A stretch of 64,000 nt of DNA from an uncultured bacterium (GCA_963708045.1 OY970181.1:323740-387739), one strand, 5' to 3'. Counted from the stretch's first letter, positions 27,750 to 36,858 are shown. Notes: generated from the sequence alone by a model not told the origin. Numbers and translations: made by a program.

Positions 27750-28115
27750 TTATTTATCGCAACCGCATTCACAGACGGCAGTACCGTGTGTGTGATTGCA
27801 TTCCGGGCATTTAGCGACAACGCAACCGCAATCGCAAACACCGTCGTGCGCGTGTCCGCACTTTTGACATTCGTTCATAGAAACACCTCCTTTTGTTTCC
27901 TTGCTGTCCTTAGTATATAACAATCCTTGGTTTTTGATAATTGAACTAAATTTAAAAAACAATAGGATTGAAGCGGAAATAATACCAATGAATATTCCTG
28001 AAAGAATGCCAATCGGCGCGGAATGGAATGAACTGTCAATAAATTTTCCAGCCAGCATGCCGCCGATTGTTAGAACAACGATAATGATTCCAACTTGGGT
28101 TGCTTCGTTTTTCAT
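27750..28115 (-). CDS. small 2-TM membrane protein with C-terminal Cys/His-rich metal-binding tail (or two genes: membrane protein plus 42-aa Cys/His-rich peptide)
   Basis: Single frame MKNEATQVGIIIVVLTIGG...KGGVS-MNECQKCGHAHDGVCDCGCVVAKCPECNHTHGTAVCECGCDK; a perfect AGGAGGTG RBS lies 5 nt before the internal ATG (27878); the tail is an internal duplication of a C-x2-C-x-H-x-H-...-C-[DE]-C-G-C unit. Confidence 0.5.
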   Translation of the reverse strand: MKNEATQVGIIIVVLTIGGMLAGKFIDSSFHSAPIGILSGIFIGIISASILLFFKFSSIIKNQGLLYTKDSKETKGGVSMNECQKCGHAHDGVCDCGCVVAKCPECNHTHGTAVCECGCDK

Positions 28116-28116
28116 A

Positions 28117-29013
28117 CTAGGAGGAATAAACCGTGACTGGTGTGCCAAGGTATGACCAGTCATAGATAAATTTGGCGTCGCCGATGCGCATATTAACGCA
28201 ACCGTGGCTCATTTCTTTTCCAAAATTGTTGTGCCAATAAGCCTCGTGCATATATTCGCCGCGTAGAGAAAAAAGAGTATTCCAATGCGTATTTTTATAA
28301 TCGTAGTTTGCGCCGATGTATTCCTTAATCGCCACCTTACGAAGGACGGAATAGTTTCCGGGTCTGGTTGGCATGGCTTTGGTGCCGGTTGAAACAAGAT
28401 AAGTGGCAACCAGCAAGCCGTTTTCAAAAGCATAAAGTCGCTGTTTTTTAAGATCAATTTCTATCGCCTTAAAAACCTCGGGTTTGTTGTTGGTGAATTT
28501 CGGCGCGGGGACGGAGAATTTGGTTTCGGTTGTGTCTATGGTTGCCGCTGTAAGCATTGACTTGACGCTCACTGGTCGTGGATACCAATCATTAAGAAGT
28601 TTTCCTTCGCCGTTAAAAACGCGGATGTAGTTGCCAAACTTGGGTCCGGTTGCCGCGGTAATTTCGTTAATACCGTCGCCGTTAACGTCGCCGATATTTA
28701 CGATTACGCCTTTGGCGATTGTTTTGTCAAAAGCGTTAAATTTATTAATAAGCGATCCGTTTTGCCGAAGAACGCGGATTTCTGGAAGTGAGCCTGGGCC
28801 CGCGCCAACAATAATCTCGGGAACGCCATCGGTGCCAAGGTCGCCGATGGCCAAAGTTGCGCCGTCGGTCCATTTATCAAAAATCGGCACAGTGATCGTC
28901 TTTGCGCCGGTTTTGGTGATGGTTAGGTTTGGTGCCGCGGTTGTGCCAGCGTTTGCTGGTTGGACAAAAGTCAAAAAACCAAGGCAAAAAACAATCGGGA
29001 GTACGTATTTCAT
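28117..29013 (-). CDS. L,D-transpeptidase (YkuD domain) with N-terminal FG-GAP/VCBS-like repeats
   Basis: Signal peptide; GDLGTDGVPEI and GDVNGDGINEI repeats; catalytic SHGCVNM motif near the C-terminus. Confidence 0.75.
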   Translation of the reverse strand: MKYVLPIVFCLGFLTFVQPANAGTTAAPNLTITKTGAKTITVPIFDKWTDGATLAIGDLGTDGVPEIIVGAGPGSLPEIRVLRQNGSLINKFNAFDKTIAKGVIVNIGDVNGDGINEITAATGPKFGNYIRVFNGEGKLLNDWYPRPVSVKSMLTAATIDTTETKFSVPAPKFTNNKPEVFKAIEIDLKKQRLYAFENGLLVATYLVSTGTKAMPTRPGNYSVLRKVAIKEYIGANYDYKNTHWNTLFSLRGEYMHEAYWHNNFGKEMSHGCVNMRIGDAKFIYDWSYLGTPVTVYSS

Positions 29014-29084
29014 ACAATATATTATACCGCCTTTTGCTCTTGAAATAAACTAATAAATATAGTAAATTTCTATTTACGTGGGCC

Positions 29085-29105
29085 TGTAGCTCAGTTGGTA
29101 TCCGC
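29085..29105 (+). other. 21-nt 5' fragment of tRNA-Ala (GGGCCTGTAGCTCAGTTGGTA) 23 nt upstream of the intact gene
   Basis: Exact copy of the first 21 nt of the tRNA at 29129. Confidence 0.7.
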
Positions 29106-29128
29106 CCAAAACATTTTGTACAATTTTC

Positions 29129-29201
29129 GGGCCTGTAGCTCAGTTGGTAGAGCACTGCCTTTGCAAGGCAGGGGTCAGCGGTTCGAGCCCGCTCAGGTCC
29201 A
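29129..29201 (+). tRNA. tRNA-Ala(TGC), no encoded CCA
   Basis: GGGCCTGTAGCTCAGTTGGTAGAGCA CTGCC-TTTGCAA-GGCAG (anticodon TGC) GGGTC AGCGG-TTCGAGC-CCGCT CAGGTCC A. Confidence 0.85.
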
Positions 29202-29247
29202 AAAATTGTACATAATTACTTAGACGAGCAGTCCGATGTCCATCGGA

Positions 29248-29280
29248 CGGGTCAGCGGTTCGAGCCCGCTCAGGTCCACC
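29248..29280 (+). other. 33-nt 3' fragment of tRNA-Ala (GGGTCAGCGGTTCGAGCCCGCTCAGGTCCACCA, with CCA) 46 nt downstream of the intact gene
   Basis: Exact copy of the variable-arm-to-3'-end of the tRNA plus CCA; preceded by hairpin agtccgatgtccatcggac. Confidence 0.7.
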
Positions 29281-29462
29281 AAAAAACAATCTCTTTTGAG
29301 GTTGTTTTTTTGTATATATTTCCTCCCCTTAAGTCCGATGTTTAATCGGACTCCGACCCCCTACATTATTGAAGAGATCAAAATGTCGGAGGTAAGGGGG
29401 GGCGAGGAGGGGTTATGTTATGCGCTATCCGAAATTATATATTTTTGCTAAGGTTTAACAAT

Positions 29463-29786
29463 ATGATTCGCAAATTGTTGCATTATCTCCCGCGAGTGTT
29501 AACCGTGCTTGCTGTCGCCTTTCTCTATATATTTGTGCTGGAAGCATTTTCGCCGGAATTTGGGTGGCAGTCGGGGTTAATGCATTTTGTTTTGGCCACA
29601 GTCGTTCTTCTCTTTGGAATTCTAGCCTGGAAAAAACCGCTTATCGGCGGTTGGTTTTTCTTGTTGCCGCTTATCGCCTCACTCTTTTTGGGAAGAGGCG
29701 GAATCAATTTTGTTTTCGTCGGATTTTTTGCTATTGGTTCTCTATATCTCTTTGAGGGGTATATGAAAAAAATTGGCAAAATTTAA
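29463..29786 (+). CDS. hypothetical membrane protein
   Basis: Three to four TM helices; start at MIRKLL. Confidence 0.4.
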   Translation: MIRKLLHYLPRVLTVLAVAFLYIFVLEAFSPEFGWQSGLMHFVLATVVLLFGILAWKKPLIGGWFFLLPLIASLFLGRGGINFVFVGFFAIGSLYLFEGYMKKIGKI

Positions 29787-29800
29787 TATTTACAATTTTT

Positions 29801-30460
29801 ATGATCACCCAAATTTACGAAATAGGAAATCCCGAAGAAGCTCGCGAGGCGGTTGCCGCTCACGTTGATAATATCGGCGTTTTGGTTGGCGACGGGGAAT
29901 TTCCAAATGAATTAAGTATTGAAAAAGCAAAAGCTGTTTTTAATGTTATACCGGCACATGTTAAAAAAGTCGCGCTGTCGCTTTCTGGTGATTTAGAAAA
30001 AATCGCGCAGATTTTAGACGGTCTTCGTCCGGACATTATTCATCTTGGAACTTTGCCAGAAAAATTCACACCCGATGATCTAAAAAAATTAAAACAGCGT
30101 TTTCCGGAAATAGAATTTATGAGGACGATCCCGGTTGTTGGTGAAGAAAGTGTTGCTTTGGCAAAACAATACGACGGCGTGGCTGATTATCTTTTACTTG
30201 ATAGTCATAGAAAAGATGATAACCAAGTTGGGGCAACTGGTTTAACTCACGACTGGGGTATAAGTAAGAAAATAGTTGAGTCCGTAAAGATACCTGTGAT
30301 TCTCGCCGGCGGTTTGGGACCAGAAAATATCGCCGAAGCAATTAGGCAGGTTCGTCCGTATGGTGTTGACTCCAAAACCAAAACCGACAAAATTGGCAGC
30401 AACGAAAAAGACATGGATAAAGTCAGCGAGTTTGTAAGAATCGCGAAAACAACAAAATAA
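29801..30460 (+). CDS. phosphoribosylanthranilate isomerase-like (TrpF family) TIM-barrel protein
   Basis: DYLLLDSH...GATGLTHDW and ILAGGLGPENIAEAIRQVRPYGVDS follow the TrpF C-terminal pattern (LLD...GG.G..FDW...ILAGGL.P.N...A....P.GVD.SSG); call is tentative. Confidence 0.5.
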   Translation: MITQIYEIGNPEEAREAVAAHVDNIGVLVGDGEFPNELSIEKAKAVFNVIPAHVKKVALSLSGDLEKIAQILDGLRPDIIHLGTLPEKFTPDDLKKLKQRFPEIEFMRTIPVVGEESVALAKQYDGVADYLLLDSHRKDDNQVGATGLTHDWGISKKIVESVKIPVILAGGLGPENIAEAIRQVRPYGVDSKTKTDKIGSNEKDMDKVSEFVRIAKTTK

Positions 30461-30577
30461 TATATTATTAGCTAATATGCCCCAATTTCAGATCAGGTTA
30501 CAAATAGCTAAAAATATATAGCGGCGGGGGAGTGTCGCCAGAGCTCATAAAATAATTCTCGCCGTTCGTCTACATCT

Positions 30578-31033
30578 ATGCGAAAAATAAAAAGAGAAAT
30601 TGTATCCGCGATAATTTTTTCAAAAGATGGAAAAATATTTCAAGGGATGAAGGATGTAAACAAAGGTGGCGTGTATACTGATTGCTGGCATATTCCAGGC
30701 GGCGGCATTGAAGAAGGGGAAGACAAAAATAGCGCATTAATGCGGGAGGTTAAAGAGGAGACCGGCATTGATATTTCTCGATACAAGATTGAACATATTG
30801 ACAGCTCTGGCAGGGGTGAATCCAAAAAAATTCTGAAAACTGGAGAAACGGTTTGGTGCGAAATGAAATTCTATGTCTATAAAATAATAATAGATGATAA
30901 GAATGCCAATGAGATTGAAGTAAAACTTAACGATGATTTAGTTAATTTCCAATGGACAGAAATTAATAACTTGAAAAAGATAAGATTGACGCCACCACTG
31001 GAAGATTTATTTAAAAAACTCAACTATATATAA
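30578..31033 (+). CDS. NUDIX hydrolase
   Basis: Nudix box GGGIEEGEDKNSALMREVKEETGI. Confidence 0.8.
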   Translation: MRKIKREIVSAIIFSKDGKIFQGMKDVNKGGVYTDCWHIPGGGIEEGEDKNSALMREVKEETGIDISRYKIEHIDSSGRGESKKILKTGETVWCEMKFYVYKIIIDDKNANEIEVKLNDDLVNFQWTEINNLKKIRLTPPLEDLFKKLNYI

Positions 31034-31052
31034 AATATTTAATAATCTCACT

Positions 31053-31541
31053 ATGCCTCAAGAACAACAAATAAAACCAACGGGCTGCTGCGAAATTTTT
31101 AACCCGACGTTATGGGAAGACAAAACAATTGTTTGGCAGGATAAATTGTTTGCGACCGATCACATCACGAGCTTCCTGCATATGCCGCTTAATTTTGGCG
31201 GCAAAATGATAAAGAATATGAAGCTTATTACCAATGCCGGCGCCGCCGCTTCTGGACAGATTGCACTTTGCGACGAAGGCTCGCTTTGGGGAAGCGAATT
31301 ATTTATTGAAACGACAAAAGATGTCCCTGGTGCAAAGATGGTAAAATTGTCCGGTACGTTTATAACCAAAGTTTTTGAGGGGCCATACCAAAATGTTGGC
31401 AAATGGGTGGGTGAAATGATGACGTTTGTGAAAGGGAAGGGTAAAGAAGTTAAGAAATTATATTTTTTCTACACCACTTGCCCAAAATGCGCCAAAGCCT
31501 ACGGCAAAAACTATGTCGTCTTGTTTGCCAAAGTAGACTAA
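31053..31541 (+). CDS. hypothetical protein
   Basis: 162-aa ORF, no motif recognised. Confidence 0.4.
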   Translation: MPQEQQIKPTGCCEIFNPTLWEDKTIVWQDKLFATDHITSFLHMPLNFGGKMIKNMKLITNAGAAASGQIALCDEGSLWGSELFIETTKDVPGAKMVKLSGTFITKVFEGPYQNVGKWVGEMMTFVKGKGKEVKKLYFFYTTCPKCAKAYGKNYVVLFAKVD

Positions 31542-31557
31542 TAAATATTTCATAAAT

Positions 31558-31791
31558 ATGAAAAATATTATCGTCGCCCAATTTGTTATTTTACTCGCCG
31601 GCACGTTGTTTGCTTGGACAAATTTTACCATTGAACTTATTGACTGGCTTAACAAACGCGCCTGTAGTACTGGTTGTGCCGTTGGTTTGGTTAATCCGTT
31701 TATAACACCGTGCTTTTATGGCGCGCTTGTCTTTGCACTCGCCTTTGTTTTAAGTGTGATCTTGTTAAAAAAGTCTAAAGACCTTAAATAG
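31558..31791 (+). CDS. small membrane protein
   Basis: 77 aa, two TM helices. Confidence 0.4.
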   Translation: MKNIIVAQFVILLAGTLFAWTNFTIELIDWLNKRACSTGCAVGLVNPFITPCFYGALVFALAFVLSVILLKKSKDLK

Positions 31792-31792
31792 T

Positions 31793-32020
31793 ATGTACAT
31801 TGGTTTCGGCATTGTTGGGTTGCTTATTATCTCGTATTCTATTTGGATAAAAAACGACCGCCAAAAAAATTTTATACTAATCATCGGCGGCTTGTCGCTT
31901 CTCGCCTACAGTATTAGCATTCACGACCTTGTCTTCATAATTTTACAGATCATTTTTATCATCTCCGCCCTTGTCGCCGAAATTATTCTCTTGTCAAAAA
32001 AGAATAAGCGTCGTCACTAG
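31793..32020 (+). CDS. small membrane protein
   Basis: 75 aa, two TM helices; start overlaps the previous stop. Confidence 0.4.
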   Translation: MYIGFGIVGLLIISYSIWIKNDRQKNFILIIGGLSLLAYSISIHDLVFIILQIIFIISALVAEIILLSKKNKRRH

Positions 32021-32140
32021 CCGCAGTTTAGACAATTAAGCACCCCCTCCCATCTTTACGCGACCGCGGAAAGATGGGAGGGGGTGAAAAAAGATTGAAT
32101 GTAGAGAGTGTCGCTAAATAAAAAGAAAAAGTGTTGTCTT

Positions 32141-32842
32141 ATGAGGAAAAATATATTAATTACTGGAGCTCCCAAAAGTGGCAAATCAACTTTGTTAGGA
32201 AAGGTAATATCTGATATTCCAAACAAAACCGGTTTTGTGACCAATGAAATTAGACAGGGCGAAGGCAGGGTTGGGTTTGAAATTGAAACGAGCAGTGGCG
32301 ATAAAACAGTTTTGTCGCACATTGATTTTAAAACGCCGTTCAAGGTTTCAAAATATTTTGTTGACGTTTTAAATTTAGATAAGATAATTCCAAAAGTTTC
32401 AAAATTTAAAGAAAACGATATTTTGTATTTGGACGAGATCGGTGAAATGCAGCTTTTCTCAAAAAATTTTGAAGGGCTAGTACTGAATTATTTGGATTCA
32501 AAAAATATTGTTTTGGCGTCGTTATCGCAAATCTATCAAAATTTTTTCACTGATGTTATAAGAAAAAGAAAAGATATCATCATTATTGAGTTAACAGAAA
32601 ACAATAGGTTGGAAAAAGAAAAATTCGTGCGTTTATTAATTAAAAAAATTGAAAAAGCGCAACGATACGCAAATGAACCAGAACGATTTTTTAAAAACGA
32701 TGATATTATTGAAGTAAAATCCGAACACGGATTGCGAAAATTGATATTGAAAGACGGGGTGATTTTCTGCAATTGCGATTTTTATAATGAGCACAAAATT
32801 TGTAGCCACACGCTCGCCGCGGAAGAAATATATAAAATGTAA
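32141..32842 (+). CDS. P-loop NTPase (THEP1/NTPase-like) fused to a C-terminal SWIM-type zinc finger
   Basis: Walker A ILITGAPKSGKSTL, Walker B ILYLDEIG; C-terminal CNCDFYNEHKICSHT fits the SWIM C-x-C-x(n)-C-x-H signature; start at MRKNIL. Confidence 0.6.
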   Translation: MRKNILITGAPKSGKSTLLGKVISDIPNKTGFVTNEIRQGEGRVGFEIETSSGDKTVLSHIDFKTPFKVSKYFVDVLNLDKIIPKVSKFKENDILYLDEIGEMQLFSKNFEGLVLNYLDSKNIVLASLSQIYQNFFTDVIRKRKDIIIIELTENNRLEKEKFVRLLIKKIEKAQRYANEPERFFKNDDIIEVKSEHGLRKLILKDGVIFCNCDFYNEHKICSHTLAAEEIYKM

Positions 32843-32843
32843 T

Positions 32844-33284
32844 ATGAGTGATGCCCTTAAACATAAATTATTAACCGCCGGCGCAAAAACCACCTGCCCG
32901 GCGATTGCGATTATTAGGGATGGTAAAATGCTCATTGGTTTGCGGCACTATACGCCGGAGAAGTTTAAGAAAATATCGCTTTGGACAACGCCGGGCGGAC
33001 GGTGCGACGACGGCGAAACGATTGAACAGACGCTAAGACGGGAAACAGCGGAAGAGACGGGAATTACAAATTTAAACATTCTTGAATATTTAAACGACGT
33101 GCCAGGCGCGAAAGAGGGGGATATTGTGCCTGTGTTTATTGGTTCAACCGACGAAGAGCCAAAGCTTATGGAGCCAGAAAAGTTTTCCGAATGGAAATGG
33201 TGCAATCTTGATGATATACCCGAAAATTTTATCAATCCCGCCGCGCTGGCTATAATTAAAACACATATAAAAAACGATTTTTAA
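32844..33284 (+). CDS. NUDIX hydrolase
   Basis: Nudix box GGRCDDGETIEQTLRRETAEETGI; start at MSDALKHK. Confidence 0.75.
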   Translation: MSDALKHKLLTAGAKTTCPAIAIIRDGKMLIGLRHYTPEKFKKISLWTTPGGRCDDGETIEQTLRRETAEETGITNLNILEYLNDVPGAKEGDIVPVFIGSTDEEPKLMEPEKFSEWKWCNLDDIPENFINPAALAIIKTHIKNDF

Positions 33285-33334
33285 TATATCCACCTTTTGA
33301 CCCGGCCGGGTCAAAAGGTGGATAGTAGTTTTAT

Positions 33335-33649
33335 ATGAAAACAAAGAAGCAAGTAATTTATTTAGTGGCGATCTGCTGTGTAATTATAAGCGGGTTTTTT
33401 CTACTGAGGCTTTATAAACCGTCGGTAGATAATGTTCAGCCAAAAAATGTTATTGCTGAAGATAGGAATGCGAATTTACCAATTGGTTACACAATGAAAA
33501 ATTATACGGTTGAAAAAGATTTAGGCGTAGCGTGTAAAAAAGACGAAGAATGCGAAACCCCGCCAGAATATATGATGATCTCGCGCTGTCCAATGCAGAC
33601 GATTTGTTTATATAATACTTGTACAGTTATTTGTCCTAGTCATAAATAA
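33335..33649 (+). CDS. hypothetical membrane-anchored small protein
   Basis: N-terminal TM, Cys-containing C-terminus. Confidence 0.4.
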   Translation: MKTKKQVIYLVAICCVIISGFFLLRLYKPSVDNVQPKNVIAEDRNANLPIGYTMKNYTVEKDLGVACKKDEECETPPEYMMISRCPMQTICLYNTCTVICPSHK

Positions 33650-33667
33650 GTAGCTTAAATAAAACTT

Positions 33668-34033
33668 ATGCCATCTTTTAACAAACTCACACCCGAAGAA
33701 GAAAGAGTTATTGTTGGAAAGGGGACGGAGAAGCCGTTTAGCGGGGAGTATGATAATTTTTTTCAGAATGGGACTTATGTTTGCCGTCGGTGTAACGCGC
33801 TGCTATATAAATCTAAAGACAAATTTGACGCGCATTGTGGTTGGCCGAGTTTTGATGATGAAATAGAGGGCGCGGTTAAACGATTGACGGACGCGGACGG
33901 ACGGCGCACGGAAATTGAATGCGCTAACTGCGGCGCGCATCTAGGTCATATTTTTTTTGGCGAGCAAATGACGCCCAAGGACACGCGCCATTGCGTTAAT
34001 TCGCTTTCCATAAAATTTATTCCAGAAAAATAA
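33668..34033 (+). CDS. msrB: peptide-methionine (R)-S-oxide reductase MsrB
   Basis: CRRCNALLY...HCGWPSF...CANCGAHLGHIF; both zinc CxxC pairs and the catalytic RxCxN context are present. Confidence 0.85.
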   Translation: MPSFNKLTPEEERVIVGKGTEKPFSGEYDNFFQNGTYVCRRCNALLYKSKDKFDAHCGWPSFDDEIEGAVKRLTDADGRRTEIECANCGAHLGHIFFGEQMTPKDTRHCVNSLSIKFIPEK

Positions 34034-34036
34034 TTT

Positions 34037-34070
34037 CTTCCGACCTTTACCGATCGGTAAAGGTCGGAAG
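34037..34070 (+). terminator. palindromic hairpin cttccgacctttaCCGATCGGtaaaggtcggaag
   Basis: Perfect 15-bp arms; CGATCG core as in the 9147 and 9731 palindromes. Confidence 0.5.
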
Positions 34071-34197
34071 AATGTGGTGATTTTAGATTTTTTAGTTTGG
34101 TTTGGGCGGGGGTATAGACCCTTGATTTTTTGGGTAAGATCGGCTAAGGTGTTTTCGGCACCAGAACAAAAACGTATCAAAAGAAAGCGAGACGAAC

Positions 34198-35088
34198 ATG
34201 GTAAAACGGAACTTTATGGAATTGCTTACGGCACAATGGGCTTGCGGACGTTTTGTTTGCGTTGGGCTGGACAGCGAATGGGCGAAGATCCCCGATCAAT
34301 ATAAGACCAATGTGGTGCCAGGAGAAGGCAGGTATGGGGCGCTTGTTCGATTCAATCAGGCTATCATTCAGGCTACCTACGGCAAAGTCTGTGCCTACAA
34401 GCCGAACATGGCCTTCTATGAGGAATTGGGCGAAGAAGGAATAGCGGCGTTGATAAGAACAGTTAAGTTGATCAACGAGATCGCGCCGTGTGTCCCTGTG
34501 ATTCTTGACGCGAAGCGCGCCGACATCGGCAACACCAACCGCGGTTATGTCGCCGCGGCTTTTAGTGAGATTGGAGCCGACGCGATCACCGTTCATCCAT
34601 ATCTCGGCGCTGAAGCACTCGCTCCATTCCTGGAGTGTGAAGATAAGGGTGTCATTGTTCTTTGTCGCACTTCAAACAAAGGCGCGGGCGAATTTCAGGA
34701 TTTGATGGTGACAACCGAAGTCGGGTATGCGCCAGCCGAACCACTCTACCTGCGTGTTGCGCGAAATGTTTCTCAGCGTTGGAACAAGAAAAGAAATTGC
34801 GGGCTTGTGGTTGGGGCGACTTACCCAGAAGAACTTGGTTTGGTGCGAGAACTTGTTGGCGATATTCCGATTCTCATTCCCGGCGTCGGCACACAAGGAG
34901 GGGATGTAGAGAAGGTGGTCACAAAAGGACAAGACAGTACTGGTCAGGGAATGATCATCAATGCTTCGGGTAGTATCATCTTTGCGAAGCGGCAGAGTGA
35001 AAGCGAGCGCTTTGACCAAGCGTCCAGGCGAGCCCTGCTTGACCTCCACGACCAAGTGGAGAAATTCAGAAGGCCTGGTCTCGTCTAG
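34198..35088 (+). CDS. pyrF: orotidine 5'-phosphate decarboxylase (type 2, long form)
   Basis: ILDAKRADIGNT motif; GC-rich relative to neighbours. Confidence 0.7.
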   Translation: MVKRNFMELLTAQWACGRFVCVGLDSEWAKIPDQYKTNVVPGEGRYGALVRFNQAIIQATYGKVCAYKPNMAFYEELGEEGIAALIRTVKLINEIAPCVPVILDAKRADIGNTNRGYVAAAFSEIGADAITVHPYLGAEALAPFLECEDKGVIVLCRTSNKGAGEFQDLMVTTEVGYAPAEPLYLRVARNVSQRWNKKRNCGLVVGATYPEELGLVRELVGDIPILIPGVGTQGGDVEKVVTKGQDSTGQGMIINASGSIIFAKRQSESERFDQASRRALLDLHDQVEKFRRPGLV

Positions 35089-35296
35089 GAGAAAACACGC
35101 GAATAAAAAGGGGTCTATGCCAAACGGCATGGACCCCTTATACTATATAAAATTTTTTTCGCATTACAATCTTATACGCGACCGCGTATAAGATTGTAAT
35201 GCGAATGTTGAGTAAAAAATCGCTTTTTGTCAATAATAAAACCAACCTCCAATTATTTTGGAGGTTGGTTTTTAAATTCAGGAAAGAGGTTGTAAT

Positions 35297-35854
35297 TTAT
35301 GGCAACTTTAGGTGAAAGCCAAAGCGTCCGTCTTTGCAGCCCGTGTCGGCAAAGCAGGCGACATAGTAAACGTAAAAGTCGCCGCCCGTGACAGTTTGGT
35401 TTAAATTAACGGAAATCGTTTTGCGGTCGCTACCGATATAACTTTGTCCGCGTGTAACCATAGTAGTGTCGTCTTTTTTAACAGTCATTAACACTTGGGT
35501 AGAAGCGCTGATGGAGGTGTCAAAAGAAACTGTAATTGTTTCGGGCATTTGCGTCAGGGTGGCGTTATTCGCGACGCTTGAAGAAACAAAGTGCGCGGTT
35601 TTCTTTTCGGTAAAGCTAATTACTTTTGGCGTGGGTTTTTTAACAACGGCTTTTGGTTTGTTGGTGTTTGTCGTAACGGGAACGTTAGCGTTCGCGTTAA
35701 TTGCTGTGTTCGCATTTGAATTAACGTTCGCCGCAGGCGCGGCTGGTTTCATCGTCGGCTTGGGCGCGGTTAATAACATAAAAATAACACCAAAAACGAC
35801 AACGGCGGCGGAGATAACCAGTTTTGCGTACTTATGTTTTAATAAATTTTGCAT
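35297..35854 (-). CDS. secreted/membrane-anchored hypothetical protein (possible CopC-like Ig fold)
   Basis: N-terminal TM, Asn/Ala/Thr-rich linker, C-terminal beta-rich domain ending YYVACFADTGCKDGRFGFHLKL. Confidence 0.35.
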   Translation of the reverse strand: MQNLLKHKYAKLVISAAVVVFGVIFMLLTAPKPTMKPAAPAANVNSNANTAINANANVPVTTNTNKPKAVVKKPTPKVISFTEKKTAHFVSSSVANNATLTQMPETITVSFDTSISASTQVLMTVKKDDTTMVTRGQSYIGSDRKTISVNLNQTVTGGDFYVYYVACFADTGCKDGRFGFHLKLP

Positions 35855-35857
35855 AAT

Positions 35858-36838
35858 TTATTTGATCAAATTGGGTGGCGTTTTCCCGTCCAGAGCAGCG
35901 ATAATATTTAGGGCGGCCATACAGCTCATATCAGCGCGCGCTTCTTCGGTGGCGGAAGCGATATGCGGCGTCATAATCACGTTGGGCATGGTTTTAAGTT
36001 CTAGGTGATCGCTCGGGTCGCAGTCAATAGATGGTTCGCACTCAAAGACGTCGGTGGCAAAGCCGCCAAGTTTTTTGTCGTTAAGGGCGGTCAGAATGGC
36101 TTTTTCGTCCACGACCGGTCCGCGCGCGGTATTGATAACGAGCGCCGTTGGTTTCATCATTGCAAATTCCTTTGTTGAAAGCAGGTGGCGCGTTGCGGGC
36201 ATTAGCGGAACGTGGAGCGAAATAACGTCAGCGGTTTTAAGGAGCTCGTCTTGTGATAAAAATTTAGCGTTAGCTTCTTTTTCAAAATCAAGGTTTTGTT
36301 TTATATCGTGATAACAAACCTTCATTCCGATTCCTTGCGAATGTTTGGCGACGTCGGCGCCGATGCGACCAAGACCGATGATGCCGAGAGTTTTACCTTT
36401 AAGCAAAGTGCCAAGGAAAAGGAAGGGGTCCCAGCCAATGTAGCGCCCGGCGCGAGTGAAAGAATCGGCTTCAACCACGCGATGAGCAAGCGCGAGCATT
36501 AGAGCAAAGGTGTGTTCGGCGACGGAATCGGAAAGCAGTTCGGACGGCGTATTGGAAATCGGCAAATTGCGGCGCTTGGCGGCGTCGCGGTCAATATTGT
36601 CAAAACCAACGGCGTAATTGGCGACGATTTTTAATTGCGGCGCGGCATCCAAAACCTCGTTGTCAATTTTATCAGTAAGAAGCGAAAGCAGTGCGTCCGG
36701 TCGTTCGGCAAGCAGGGTGGCAATGAGTTCGGATTTAGTGTGAACGCGGTTGTCGGGATTGACTACAACCTCGTGCCCTTTGTCGCGGAGTAGTTGAAGA
36801 CCTTTTTCGTGGATACGTCGCGTAACGTAAACTTTCAT
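35858..36838 (-). CDS. D-isomer-specific 2-hydroxyacid dehydrogenase (glyoxylate/hydroxypyruvate reductase-like)
   Basis: NAD-binding GKTLGIIGLGRIGADVAKH; catalytic R/E/H positions (ARG..E.....H) present. Confidence 0.8.
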   Translation of the reverse strand: MKVYVTRRIHEKGLQLLRDKGHEVVVNPDNRVHTKSELIATLLAERPDALLSLLTDKIDNEVLDAAPQLKIVANYAVGFDNIDRDAAKRRNLPISNTPSELLSDSVAEHTFALMLALAHRVVEADSFTRAGRYIGWDPFLFLGTLLKGKTLGIIGLGRIGADVAKHSQGIGMKVCYHDIKQNLDFEKEANAKFLSQDELLKTADVISLHVPLMPATRHLLSTKEFAMMKPTALVINTARGPVVDEKAILTALNDKKLGGFATDVFECEPSIDCDPSDHLELKTMPNVIMTPHIASATEEARADMSCMAALNIIAALDGKTPPNLIK

Positions 36839-36858
36839 ATAATTGAAAATTATAATTA

